The position numbers and the translations under genes are program-made. 64,000 nt of DNA from Obrimoposthia wandeli (taxonomy: Eukaryota), in NCBI GenBank assembly GCA_977020255.1, contig CDROCS010004273.1, positions 1 through 64,000 of the forward strand, given 5' to 3'. The notes under the pieces were generated by a model that did no database searches, had not been told where the DNA came from, and worked only from the letters and a program-made list of their open reading frames with translations. Below are positions 1-10,207 of the stretch, in pieces. The stretch's first letter is position 1, and the number at the start of each line of letters is the position of its first letter.

Positions 1-821
1 CTAGGTGTTAGTAGAGCAGATTCTTGGCCACCCTCTGAACGTTTAAAAATCAACGCAGTGAACTCATCAACGCTGCCATCTATGACAAATGTATTATCTT
101 CCATCGGAACTTGTTCAACAGGAACTGCTCGATCAAATGCACGCAAAAATGCCTTCATTAAGGCTTCAGCATCTTGAGCTTCTGAATACAAACCATCGGT
201 CTCTAGAGCGATTTCTTGCAATAAATTTTTATCCGCTAAATCAGATAATGCCAAGGTGTGTATATTTGCCCCGGCGTCACGATATTTTTGCAATACCGAC
301 GACATTAATTTTTTTCGCTCTTGGGTATTTATTTGCTCAGCATTAGCAGCATCAGATTCTGCCATATCGACCTTGCCATCGGTTAATAAAATAATGCTTT
401 GCTGAAAGCCGCTATCAGCGTTCAATCCCCAAGCAGCATCGTTTAGCGCTCCAGACAAATTAGTCTGCAAACCTAAAGAAGAGATACCTATCGCTGAATC
501 TTTTGCCTGTTTACGCCAAGCATCATCTACTTTGGTAACAGGGACAAGATTATTAACATAGCGACCAAAGGTCCAAATACCAGCTTGGGCACCCTCAGGC
601 ATCAATTCTAATAACAAATTAAGTGCAGGAATGCGGAGATTATTCGGATCGGTTTGTTTCATGCTACCCGAAATATCGATAATAATGCGCACATCAAAAG
701 GGAGGGTTTTATCATCTTTTTCAGCCGCTATTGTCGCTACTGGAAAAACAGCACTTAACGCGCTAGATAATAAAAGGAAGGCGAATAGCCTCCCCCCCGA
801 ATACAAAAGATCTCTGAACAT
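1..821 (-). CDS. Secreted von Willebrand factor A domain protein (partial, runs off the window start; TIGR03503-like)
   Basis: Absent from the ORF track. Manual translation from ATG at 821 gives MFRDLLYSGGRLFAFLLLSSALSAVFPVATIAA (signal peptide), then DVRIIIDISGSMK (MIDAS DxSxS) and IILLTDG. The frame stays open to position 1. Confidence 0.85.
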   Translation of the reverse strand, partial: MFRDLLYSGGRLFAFLLLSSALSAVFPVATIAAEKDDKTLPFDVRIIIDISGSMKQTDPNNLRIPALNLLLELMPEGAQAGIWTFGRYVNNLVPVTKVDDAWRKQAKDSAIGISSLGLQTNLSGALNDAAWGLNADSGFQQSIILLTDGKVDMAESDAANAEQINTQERKKLMSSVLQKYRDAGANIHTLALSDLADKNLLQEIALETDGLYSEAQDAEALMKAFLRAFDRAVPVEQVPMEDNTFVIDGSVDEFTALIFKRSEGGQESALLTP

Positions 822-848
822 TTCAGAACTCCATCAGGGGGAAAGGTT

Positions 849-1517
849 TTATAAAGTCGACTCTAAAACACGACGACCATTTTCAGTAATATGCCAACGA
901 ACACCGTCTTTACCATGCACCCTACCCGCTAGACTACGAACAGTAAGAACATTTAAAGTCTTCAACACGGTACTTTCGTCTTGGTTCACTTCACGGCACA
1001 ACCCAGCCAATGATCGAAAGATAAATCGTCCGCTGGAGAGAATCTTCAACACACTATTTGAAGTCACATCCAACTCATCTTGCATTGTTAGAATATTAGG
1101 ATCCTGAGCATTAATATCCTGCTCGGTTTCCGTATCAATCAATGGCAATAAATTGGTTCGAATCATACGTAAATCTTGCTGTACTTCTTCGACGCGCTGT
1201 TTAGCGACTTGCGCTTCGTTAAAGATTCGATCTGATAGATTATCAATCACAAAACGTGATAACAACGCAGAGATCAAACAAAAACCTGTAAAAATCAATA
1301 ACCTAGATGGGTCGCCTTGGCTTTCCAGTACTAACTCACTATTCACCAGGTCCAGCACCACGGGAACTAAAAATGAAGCGCCGACACCCACTACTAAAAA
1401 CCGAGGTAAACTTGCCGCATCAGGATCCTTTTCACCGTATAGATAATAATTTACCAAGCCACCAAAGATACCCGCAAGTAACATGACGGTTGCCATGATA
1501 AAAATATGATTTGCCAT
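849..1517 (-). CDS. YEATS-associated three-TM-helix (YLATT-like) membrane protein with C-terminal winged-helix-like domain
   Basis: N-terminal LAGIFGGLVNYY, LVVGVGASFLVP and LLIFTGFCLISAL helices, a coiled-coil, then IFRSLAGLCRE...WHITENGRRVL (wHTH-like). Family recognised from motifs. Confidence 0.7.
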   Translation of the reverse strand: MANHIFIMATVMLLAGIFGGLVNYYLYGEKDPDAASLPRFLVVGVGASFLVPVVLDLVNSELVLESQGDPSRLLIFTGFCLISALLSRFVIDNLSDRIFNEAQVAKQRVEEVQQDLRMIRTNLLPLIDTETEQDINAQDPNILTMQDELDVTSNSVLKILSSGRFIFRSLAGLCREVNQDESTVLKTLNVLTVRSLAGRVHGKDGVRWHITENGRRVLESTL

Positions 1518-1717
1518 TTTTTTGACCTCTCATCCATTAGAGTGCGAATTCATTTCGCTCCCTAAATAAAGCTCCATTTACATTAATAACGCAGCAACAT
1601 CGAGCGCTCCTGCTTTAAAACTAGCAAAGAATCTCGAGTTCGCCACAACGGAAGAGAAAAAAATCACATATTTGAATGAGTTAGCGCTATTTTAGGTCAA
1701 TAGCGCTAATAAAGACG

Positions 1718-2059
1718 TTAATTCTGTGGAGAAAATTTAGCTCGCAAGAAATTAAACAATGACAGGAAGGACATCAATATCAGGCCCATAAACAGACCTG
1801 CTAGCATATAAATTACTGCATCTAGAATGGGTGAGTCATTCTCTAAAAAGGTTCTAAACAAGATGACAATAAAAGCCGGTGCATAATCTGAAGAATCAGC
1901 CGTCAAAGGTGCTGGCGTGAACAACAATACAGCCCCTAATATTCTAATGATCGCCTTCATGTCTTTCTGCACTACCCAAAAAAACATTTTCTCCCACGCC
2001 CAAAAACACGCAAGAGCAGACACTGCATATACCAGCCACTGGATAATATTATCAAACAT
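1718..2059 (-). CDS. Hypothetical inner-membrane protein (3 TM)
   Basis: Hydrophobic ORF. The likely ATG at 2059 overlaps the ycgN stop (TAATG coupling). Confidence 0.7.
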   Translation of the reverse strand: MFDNIIQWLVYAVSALACFWAWEKMFFWVVQKDMKAIIRILGAVLLFTPAPLTADSSDYAPAFIVILFRTFLENDSPILDAVIYMLAGLFMGLILMSFLSLFNFLRAKFSPQN

Positions 2060-2499
2060 TAAGCTTTCCATATTATGCGGCTTTGCCACTCCTCCTCAGA
2101 AATCTTATCGTCAGGTATCCCTTTGCCTTGCAATGAAATACCAGATTTATGTACAGATTCTGGGTCTCCACTGATCAATGGATGCCAATCATATAAAGGC
2201 TTACCTTCTGCGACTAAACGATAAGCACAGGTATCAGGCAACCAATGAAAGCTATGAGCCTGCTCTGGAGTCAACCAAATGCACTCAGGCACCTTTTCAT
2301 TACGAGTTTGATACACAGTACAAGAACAATCATTCTTATCCATGTATCGGCAATGAACATCGGTGTAATACACCTCATCGGTATCTTCGTCTTCTAACTT
2401 ATGCAGGCAGCAGCGTGCACAGCCATCACACAACGACTCCCACTCTTGCTTAGACATCTGCTTTAGAGTTTTTGTCTCCCAAAACGGCTGAGCACTCAC
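2059..2499 (-). CDS. ycgN: YcgN family cysteine cluster protein (UPF0260)
   Basis: FWETKTLKQMSKQEWESLCDGCARCCLHKLEDEDT and WLPDTCAYR signatures. Confidence 0.93.
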   Translation of the reverse strand: MSAQPFWETKTLKQMSKQEWESLCDGCARCCLHKLEDEDTDEVYYTDVHCRYMDKNDCSCTVYQTRNEKVPECIWLTPEQAHSFHWLPDTCAYRLVAEGKPLYDWHPLISGDPESVHKSGISLQGKGIPDDKISEEEWQSRIIWKA

Positions 2500-2789
2500 T
2501 CGTCGTCATCTCGCTTGCAAAATACATCGAGGCCTAAACCTAGGTTTTCTTTTGGAGGCGGCATTTGTAAATAAAAGCCTTTCTCTGAAATTGAAGCGAT
2601 TACCTTCTCGGCATCGGCACGCGCTAGCTTGCGATCAGGAGTGATAATCATCTTAGTCACAAGTTCAGGGCGACCAAACGTTTCCAACAAAACTTCAGGA
2701 ACACGAGATAAATCGTCCGCCAAAGAAACATACAGGTACGTTTCTTCCTTACGGCGACTTTTATAAATATTACACAACAATTTAGTCAT
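2496..2789 (-). CDS. ycgL: YcgL domain protein
   Basis: CNIYKSRRKEETYLYV...GFYLQMPP; sits between rnd and ycgN as usual. Confidence 0.92.
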   Translation of the reverse strand: MTKLLCNIYKSRRKEETYLYVSLADDLSRVPEVLLETFGRPELVTKMIITPDRKLARADAEKVIASISEKGFYLQMPPPKENLGLGLDVFCKRDDDE

Positions 2790-2806
2790 AACAGCCCATC
2801 TAAATT

Positions 2807-3964
2807 CTATTCAATGCCAACATCGGCTTGCGCTAAAGAGTTCAGCAGAACATCACCAATTTCATCTTTTCGCCAACCCAACAGAGGTTCAGGCAAACTA
2901 TAAGGGCCGCGAGGATACCCAGTTCGCAATAAGGCTTCCAGTGTTTTCTTTTTTACCAACATATCTGCTGGAATGTCGATACTGTCAGCACGAACAGTCA
3001 CGGCTTTTTTCAATACTTTAAGCTGCTCACCCGCCTGAGGTGACAAAGGTTTTTGCAGCGCATCAGGCCAATGCTCTTCATCAACTTTCATAGCTTCGGC
3101 AATCACACCCAAAGCTTCCTCACCAATACGCTGGCGAGTATGAGGTTTCATTCCTGCTCGAGCAAGATCCCCTAGATGCGCAGGCTGATATCGCGCCATA
3201 TTCCAAAGCACGCTATCTTCAACCACTTGCGAACGAGGAACATTCCAAAGCCGTGCTGTCTGATCTCGCCAAATAGCCATTTGCTGCAAAACATATTGTT
3301 CTTGTGGTCGTAGCTTCCATGCCAACTTAACCTTGCGGTATTGCTGACTGTAATCATCTGAAATCTGCCCTAACGCCAATATGCGAGCACAATCTTCCTG
3401 CCACCAAGATAGTCGCCCCATATCACCCAGCAGAATCATTAAACGCTCGTAGCACTGATACAGATAAAAAACATCCGCAACCGCATACTCAACCTGCTGA
3501 GGGCGTAATGGCCTTTGCAGCCAATCAGAGCGTGTTTCTCCTTTATCAATATCCAGATCAAGTACAGCCTTCACCAACCGCTGAAAACCCATAATGCCGC
3601 CCAAGCTTCCTAAGGCTGCACCAATTTGCGTATCCGCAACAGGCGATGGTGTCGTCCCCGCTAAGCGATGACAAACCTCCAAATCTTCTGAACAGGCATG
3701 AAATACCTTTACAACTTGCTGATCATTTAGCAGCTCTGCAAAGCTAGTCCAATCCGTTATTTCCAATGGATCGACTAAATAACAAGCCTGTGCATCCGCA
3801 ACTTGAACTAACCCTGGTTTCGGATAGAACGTCGAGGTACGCATGAATTCAGTATCTAATGCGATGAAATCTTGTGCTTGCCATAATTGACAATACTTCA
3901 CTAAATCACTATTTGTAGTAATCCAAATTGGTTCAGGAATGGAATCCAAAATATTAATGCTCAC
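2807..3964 (-). CDS. rnd: Ribonuclease D
   Basis: IALDTEFMRTSTFYP, KVFHACSEDLE, DWLQRPL, YAVADV (DEDD exonuclease) plus HRDC region. Confidence 0.95.
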   Translation of the reverse strand: MSINILDSIPEPIWITTNSDLVKYCQLWQAQDFIALDTEFMRTSTFYPKPGLVQVADAQACYLVDPLEITDWTSFAELLNDQQVVKVFHACSEDLEVCHRLAGTTPSPVADTQIGAALGSLGGIMGFQRLVKAVLDLDIDKGETRSDWLQRPLRPQQVEYAVADVFYLYQCYERLMILLGDMGRLSWWQEDCARILALGQISDDYSQQYRKVKLAWKLRPQEQYVLQQMAIWRDQTARLWNVPRSQVVEDSVLWNMARYQPAHLGDLARAGMKPHTRQRIGEEALGVIAEAMKVDEEHWPDALQKPLSPQAGEQLKVLKKAVTVRADSIDIPADMLVKKKTLEALLRTGYPRGPYSLPEPLLGWRKDEIGDVLLNSLAQADVGIE

Positions 3965-3990
3965 TCAATATGTATTTTATTTTCTAGAAA

Positions 3991-4593
3991 TTAGCTCATT
4001 ACCCTACGACCCGACAAGGCATGGTTTAGCGTACCACCATCCACCAAATCGAGCTCGCCCCCCATGGGAATACCATGGGCAATGCGACTAACAACAATAC
4101 TTTCAGGCAACATATCCATAATGAACTGCGCCGTTGCCTCCCCTTCTACCGAAGGATTCGTTGCCACAATGACTTCTTTAATCGCTTGCTGCTCAACCTT
4201 ACTCTTTAAGTCCGCTAAACCGAGCTCAGCAGGACCAATGCCATCAATCGGGGACAAATGGCCATATAGAACAAAATACTGCCCTCTGAAGTCCACGCCT
4301 TGCTCTAATGCTAATACATCAGAAGGCGACTCGACGACACACAAGGAGTCAGTTGATCGCTGAGTATCACTGCAAATGGGACACAAATCAGACTCAGCAT
4401 AATTCCGGCAAGATTGGCAATGATCTAGTTTATTCATCGCTTGCTGCAAACTATGACTTAAACGCTCAGCCCCCAACCTATCTTTTTCTAACAGATATAA
4501 CGCCATACGTTGCGCGGACTTAGGCCCAACACCCGGCAATACCTGAAAAGAATCAATCAACTGCTGTAGAGCAGCAGGCAGCTTCATTGCCAT
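3991..4593 (-). CDS. recR: Recombination mediator RecR
   Basis: LPGVGPKSAQRMA HhH, C4 zinc finger, TOPRIM ATNPSVEGEATA, GGELDLVDGGTL. Confidence 0.97.
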   Translation of the reverse strand: MAMKLPAALQQLIDSFQVLPGVGPKSAQRMALYLLEKDRLGAERLSHSLQQAMNKLDHCQSCRNYAESDLCPICSDTQRSTDSLCVVESPSDVLALEQGVDFRGQYFVLYGHLSPIDGIGPAELGLADLKSKVEQQAIKEVIVATNPSVEGEATAQFIMDMLPESIVVSRIAHGIPMGGELDLVDGGTLNHALSGRRVMS

Positions 4594-4663
4594 AATTAAA
4601 CATTCCTAAGTAGTAAGCCTAAATTATTAAGCTTAAACATGAGCCCAAATATTTACTTAGAAA

Positions 4664-4990
4664 CTAGAAAGGAAGTTTCATACCTGGTGGCAAACCCATA
4701 CCTGCTGTCATGGAAGACATCTGGCTTTGATTTTGCTCTTCGATTTTACGCACTGCATCATTTACTGCAGCCGCCAACAAATCTTCTAATAATTCTTTAT
4801 CTTCACTCATAATACTGTCATCAAGCTCAACACGCTTAACATCGTGACGACCCGTCATAGTAATTTTAACCAAACCTGCACCAGATTCTCCCGTAACTTC
4901 AGAGTTTGCTAACTCTTCTTGGGCTTTCTGCATCTTTTCTTGCATCTGCTGGGCTTGCTTCATCAAGTTACCCATTCCACCTTTCATCAT
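4664..4990 (-). CDS. ybaB: YbaB/EbfC nucleoid-associated protein
   Basis: [22 protein letters not shown]...GESGAGLV...[11 protein letters not shown]; lies between dnaX and recR. Confidence 0.96.
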   Translation of the reverse strand: MMKGGMGNLMKQAQQMQEKMQKAQEELANSEVTGESGAGLVKITMTGRHDVKRVELDDSIMSEDKELLEDLLAAAVNDAVRKIEEQNQSQMSSMTAGMGLPPGMKLPF

Positions 4991-5049
4991 GGCTATTTCC
5001 TCTTTAACGTATGCTTAATTTAGTGATCAAATACTTGATCGTTATGTAA

Positions 5050-6993
5050 TTAGTTTATCGCTGTAATGGGCCGAATAGAACCTTCAATAATATGAGCTTC
5101 AAATTCTGCCACTAAAACCTGCACCACTTCGTCTTCCATTATCGCATGGCCTGCTTGAGCGAATTGCTCTGCCATTAATCGAGTGCGTCGCTGGTGAGGA
5201 GTCTCGCCTCTGGGCAACTGAACATACATCTGCAACTGCACAGAAAACCCCGTAATATCAGACAATACCTGTTCAATACGCTGACGCTGCCCATCATTGT
5301 ATAAGGCACCTTGATCAGGGTCGACATCCATGAGTAATTGATTCTCATGGCGACTAATGAGTGCGCTATTTAACGCTATCGCCATCGGCATACCGGCTAG
5401 AGGTAAGTGCCTAACCCATTGCCACCAGTTAAGATTCGTCAACTGTTGCCAATCAAAATCAAAAGTCGCTTCAGGTAAAATATTTTTATTAACCTGAGCA
5501 GATTTTTGTGCAACAGATTCTGTGCTAGCAACAATTGGCAAAGGGTTAATTAATAGATCAGCCGCGCCTATCTTAACAGGCCCTTGTTCTTCAATTAGAC
5601 TTTCGTCAACTGCAACGACTTCAACTATTTGCTCTATTGAATAGCTTTCAGAGCTACCGTCATTGCTAACTGCAGGACATTCAATGACAGGCTCTTGGAA
5701 AACTGGGGATTCATGAACAGGCGTTTCAATTCTTTCAATAGCTGGCTCAGGCGCCATTCCCGAGTCAGCTAGTAGCTTTTTTTCTTCAATCTCAACCGCC
5801 TGTTTCTGGCTTTCTTCTGGACGCTCTAAAACGACAGAATCTATAAGAACTTCAGCAGATCCTGGCGCTTGCAAAGAACTCACCAAGTCCAGGTTGAGTG
5901 GCGCACTATTAACGGGCTTAAATGCTAGCATGCGCAATAGAATCATTTCAAAACCTTGACGCGGATCCGCTGCCAACGGCAAATCTTTACGACCAACTAA
6001 CGCCGTCTGATAGAACAACTGGATATCCTCAGCACGCATGGCTGCTGCCAGTTGCATAATCGCCGCTTTATCACCTTCCGTATTATCCACTGAACTCGGC
6101 GCTACTTGAGCAACCGCGACTTTATGCCACAACTGCATAAGTGCTTGAACAATCTCGTCATAATCCGGACCGTGCTCAGCCATCGCAGAAACTAAACGCA
6201 ATAACTCGGCAACTTGACCCCTTGCTAGAATCTCAGCAAGCTTAAAAACTCGGCCACGATCAATCGTACCCAGCATCGCATTAACCTGATGCTCAAAAAC
6301 CTCACCTTGACCATAAGCAATGGCCTGATCGGTTAAACTTAACGCATCTCGCATACTGCCTTGGGCAGCACGGCCCAATTGCCACAGCGCCGCATCTTCA
6401 TAGCGAACATCTTCCGCTTTTAAGACGGTTTCTAAATGTGAAACAATCTTTTCCGGCGTCATATTCTTCAGGCTGAATTGCAGGCAGCGAGAAAGCACAG
6501 TAATCGGCAATTTCTGCGGATCAGTGGTCGCTAATAAGAATTTTACGTGTTCTGGGGGTTCTTCTAGAGTTTTTAATAACGCATTAAAACTGTGCGTCGA
6601 TAACATATGAACTTCATCGATCAAATAAACCTTATAACGGCCTCTTGTCGGTGCATATTGAACGTTATCGAGTAATTCGCGAGTATCTTCAACCTTGGTT
6701 CGTGAAGCCGCATCAACTTCGATCAAGTCGACAAATCGACCTTCTGCAATTTCACGACAGGAAGTGCATTCTCCACAAGGAGTCGCACTGACACCTTGCT
6801 CGCAGTTTAGACATTTCGCCAGAATTCGAGCAATCGTTGTTTTACCCACACCCCGAGTACCGGTGAATAAGTAAGCGTGATGCAAACGTTGATCGTTTAA
6901 GGCATTAATAAGGGCGCGTAACACATGCTCTTGACCCACCATTTCAGAAAAGAAACGCGGACGCCATTTACGTGCAAGTACCTGATAACTCAT
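5050..6993 (-). CDS. dnaX: DNA polymerase III subunit gamma/tau
   Basis: MSYQVLARKWRP, GTRGVGKTT Walker A, DAAS, IDEVHMLS, SRC motif. Confidence 0.98.
   Translation of the reverse strand: MSYQVLARKWRPRFFSEMVGQEHVLRALINALNDQRLHHAYLFTGTRGVGKTTIARILAKCLNCEQGVSATPCGECTSCREIAEGRFVDLIEVDAASRTKVEDTRELLDNVQYAPTRGRYKVYLIDEVHMLSTHSFNALLKTLEEPPEHVKFLLATTDPQKLPITVLSRCLQFSLKNMTPEKIVSHLETVLKAEDVRYEDAALWQLGRAAQGSMRDALSLTDQAIAYGQGEVFEHQVNAMLGTIDRGRVFKLAEILARGQVAELLRLVSAMAEHGPDYDEIVQALMQLWHKVAVAQVAPSSVDNTEGDKAAIMQLAAAMRAEDIQLFYQTALVGRKDLPLAADPRQGFEMILLRMLAFKPVNSAPLNLDLVSSLQAPGSAEVLIDSVVLERPEESQKQAVEIEEKKLLADSGMAPEPAIERIETPVHESPVFQEPVIECPAVSNDGSSESYSIEQIVEVVAVDESLIEEQGPVKIGAADLLINPLPIVASTESVAQKSAQVNKNILPEATFDFDWQQLTNLNWWQWVRHLPLAGMPMAIALNSALISRHENQLLMDVDPDQGALYNDGQRQRIEQVLSDITGFSVQLQMYVQLPRGETPHQRRTRLMAEQFAQAGHAIMEDEVVQVLVAEFEAHIIEGSIRPITAIN
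5741..5801 (-). promoter_or_regulatory. dnaX programmed -1 ribosomal frameshift cassette (SD-like + A_AAA_AAG + 3' stem-loop)
   Basis: On the minus strand: AGGCGG (5801-5796), in-frame A AAA AAG (5782-5776), a 6-nt spacer, hairpin GCTG-A-CTCGGG/AATGGCG/CCTGAG-C-CAGC (5769-5741), and a -1-frame TGA at 5767-5765. Confidence 0.8.
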
Positions 6994-7108
6994 GGAAAAT
7001 CCGTCAATTTAGATGATCTTAGATGGATATCATAACGGGAAATGAGTCGAAAGTCAGAAACAATTAAATTAGAAAATAATAGAGGAGGTATAACCAAGAA
7101 AAATTGGA

Positions 7109-7220
7109 GATGACCCCTACCAGCCACACCTCGGCACACAAATCCACTTCTACCGTTGCTCCCTTCCGGGCCTGGCGGAGTTCCTAGTTTCTTGTTGCGA
7201 AGGGACCGATAAGGGCCACC
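7109..7220 (-). ncRNA. ffs: Signal recognition particle RNA (4.5S)
   Basis: Minus strand carries CCAGGCCCGGAAGGGAGCAACGG (helix 8 GNRA loop). The 5' GGTGGCCCTTATCGG pairs with the 3' end, and the location upstream of dnaX is canonical. Ends approximate. Confidence 0.95.
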
Positions 7221-7348
7221 ATAACACGCTGCGATTCAAGCAATGCCTGAATGCTGGCGCCATTATCCCCATCGAATAAATAAAAGCAAGCCAAATTAAC
7301 AAGTTAGAAGGTTTTTATTAAGATTTATTGATTTCTCAAGCCTGTTGC

Positions 7349-7624
7349 TTAAATATTTTGTTCAAGTAAGCTCAATAAACCCTGCTCAATAACTTCTGCA
7401 CGGGATAAACCGAGCTCAGCTGCCAAGACATCCAGAACATCAACTACCTCAGCATTCAATTTCACTTCCACGCGACGCATACCTTTATGCTTATCACGAT
7501 TTCGCTGCAACCGCTTACTCAATTTGAGTTGAGTACTGCGATCATACGGACTGGTTTTTGGGCGTCCACGCTCTGGGCGTGAAAACATATCGATCGTCGT
7601 ACGATCTTCGAGTTGAATAGACAT
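7349..7624 (-). CDS. ybfE: YbfE family ribbon-helix-helix protein (LexA-regulated protein family)
   Basis: DRTTIDMF..RGRPKT..RNRDKHKGMRRVEVKLNAEVVDVLD..GLSRAEVIE resembles E. coli YbfE. Confidence 0.85.
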   Translation of the reverse strand: MSIQLEDRTTIDMFSRPERGRPKTSPYDRSTQLKLSKRLQRNRDKHKGMRRVEVKLNAEVVDVLDVLAAELGLSRAEVIEQGLLSLLEQNI

Positions 7625-7783
7625 AATAACAATAAATACGAGAGAGCCAGCTATTATCCTAATCAGTGCAAGAAAAGCAATACACTAAGTACATTCTTCC
7701 TTGCCAAAAAACCTGCTTAGCCCTAACGTAGGGTGATAAACGAATAAATATTGAATAGACAATTGAAAAACAAGGGATTCTTC

Positions 7784-10184
7784 ATGCCTCTGACTGGCAA
7801 TACACCAACCCCATTACTCGCAAATCAAGTATCAACTCGCATTGACCCGCAACAACTGGCCTTTAAAAGCTCAAGTGAACTGCAGCCTTTCAAAGGGGTT
7901 TTAGGTCAAGAGCGTGCTGAAAATGCAATTCGCTTCGGTGTCGGCATGGATCGCCCTGGATACAACATCTTTGCCATGGGCGATAATGGCACCGGCCGCT
8001 CCTCTTATATTCGTGAATACCTAAAAGATCAAGCCACTAAGCAGCCAGCCCCCAGTGACTGGTGTTACGTCAACCACTTTGCTAACCCAAGAGAGCCTAA
8101 AGTTCTAGAACTGCCTCCTACACAAGCTCTAGCGTTCAAAAGCATTCTTGACGAGCTGATCAATAACCTTTTAGCAACCTTCCCCGCAGTTTTTGAACAC
8201 CCTAGCTACCAACAGAAAAAATCTACTATCGACCATACTTTTAATCGTAAGTACGACAAGGCATTAGAGCTGGTAGAGAAAGAAGCTTTAAAGGTTAGCA
8301 CAGCAGTATTTAGAGATTCAGCAGCCATTAGCTTCACCCCTATGAAAGAGGGAAAAGCTCTAGATGAAACAGAGTTTGCGCAACTTGACGAACCTGATCG
8401 CGAAGCCTTTCATCAAAACATTGCTATGCTTGAGCAATTTTTAAATGAAGCCCTTTCCGAATTGCCTCAATGGAAGCGTGAGTCGAACAACGAACTGCGC
8501 GCGCTCAATCAAAGCACCATTAACGAAGCTTTGATTCCACTATTAGAACCTATCGAAGCGAGCTATCAAGATTTCTCTACCGTGCTAGAGTTTTTAGCCA
8601 CTATGCGTGAGCACTTACCTAAAATAATTTTAGAAGAGCTGATTGATGAACGTATTATGGAAACACGAGATGAGTACGTTAAACGAACTATCTTAGAAGA
8701 AACTATTCAGCCCAACATTGCGGTATGCCACGAACACAACGAAGGGGTACCGGTTATTTATGAGCCTCATCCAAGTTACGGCAACCTTTTTGGTCGCATT
8801 GAATTTTCAAGCGACCAAGGCGCACTTACAACCAACTATCGGAAAATAAGCCCGGGCTCTTTACACAAAGCAAACGGTGGTTATTTAATTCTAGATGCCG
8901 AAAAACTTCTCGCCGAACCTATGGTTTGGGATGCTCTTAAGCGCGCCATCAAATCACAACAATTAAAAATGGAATCCCCTTATTCTGAACTTGGTTTAGT
9001 TTCAACAACCACCCTACTTCCCGGAGTTATTCCATTAAACATTAAACTGGTCTTAATTGGCTCGCGCAATGTGTACTACCTTTTACAAGAATATGATGAA
9101 GACTTTAATGAACTTTTTCGCACTCTTGTCGATTTCGATAGCGAAATCCCTAGAACCCCAGAGCATATTCACGCTTTTTCACGCCTACTAAAAAGCCGCA
9201 TTGAAGAGCAAGATTATGCAGACATAAGTGATGCAGGAAGTAGCCCGTTTAGTTGAATACAGCTCACGTTTAGCAGAAGATCAGCAATACCTCTCCGCAC
9301 GTATCGGTGATTTATTTGAGCTATTAGCCGAGGCTGAGTTTTCACGTAAAAACCAACAGTCACCACTCGTGGAAAAAGAGCATATTGATCAAGCGTTAAG
9401 CGCAAAAGAAGAGCGCACAGGGCGAATTTACGACCGCATCCACCAGCAAATGCTGGACAATGTCATCCTAATCGAGACCGAGGGTGAAGCGATTGGCAAG
9501 GTTAATGGTTTAACGGTGATGACCATAGGGGATACCCGTTTCGGCACCCCCGCTCGCATTAGCGCCACCGTTTACCCGGGTTCACAAGGTATTCTCGACA
9601 TCGAACGAGAAGCCAACTTAGGGCAAGCCATACACACGAAGGGCGTAATGATTTTATCAGGCTACCTAGGTCACAAATACGCACAAGACTTTCCTCTCGC
9701 GATCTCCGCCAATTTAGCAATGGAACAGTCTTACGGTTACATTGATGGCGATAGCGCCTCACTAGGAGAGCTTTGCTGCTTAATATCAGCCTTGATACAC
9801 CAACCACTGAAACAAACTTTTGCTATTACTGGCTCAATTAATCAATACGGAGAGGTTCAAGCGATTGGTGGGGTCAATGAGAAAATTGAAGGCTTTTTCC
9901 GTCTATGCAAAGCTCGCGGCTTAAATGGCGAACATGGCGTTATCATCCCTTTCGCCAACATTAGAAATCTCGCATTAAAGCAAGAAGTGGTTGATGCAGT
10001 AGAAACTGGAAAATTCTTTATATATGGCATTAAGAAGGTCGATGAAGCGCTGGTATTATTGATGAACCGAGATGTTGGAGAACCCTGCAAAAATAACTAC
10101 TTCAGTAAAGACAGTATTAATTACGAGGTGATAAACCGCTTAAAGCAGATTGCTGATGTAGCAAGCAATAAAAAGAAAAATTAA
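7784..10184 (+). pseudogene. Lon-like AAA protease family protein (AAA_32 + Lon_C; YcbZ/LonH-type) split by one frameshift
   Basis: LGQERA, GDNGTGRSS, GSLHKANGGYLILD in 7751-9256; IDGDSAS, TGSINQYGEVQAIGGVNEKIEGF in 9228-10184. An extra A at about 9238-9239 (GGA[A]GTAGCC) breaks ...SDAGVARLVEY. Likely start is ATG 7784. Confidence 0.85.
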
Positions 10185-10207
10185 TGCAGCTAAATAGAAA
10201 CTAACAA

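Noticed and set aside
7625-7783. LexA box expected upstream of ybfE
   Set aside because: No CTG-N10-CAG found in the intergenic region, so SOS control cannot be claimed.
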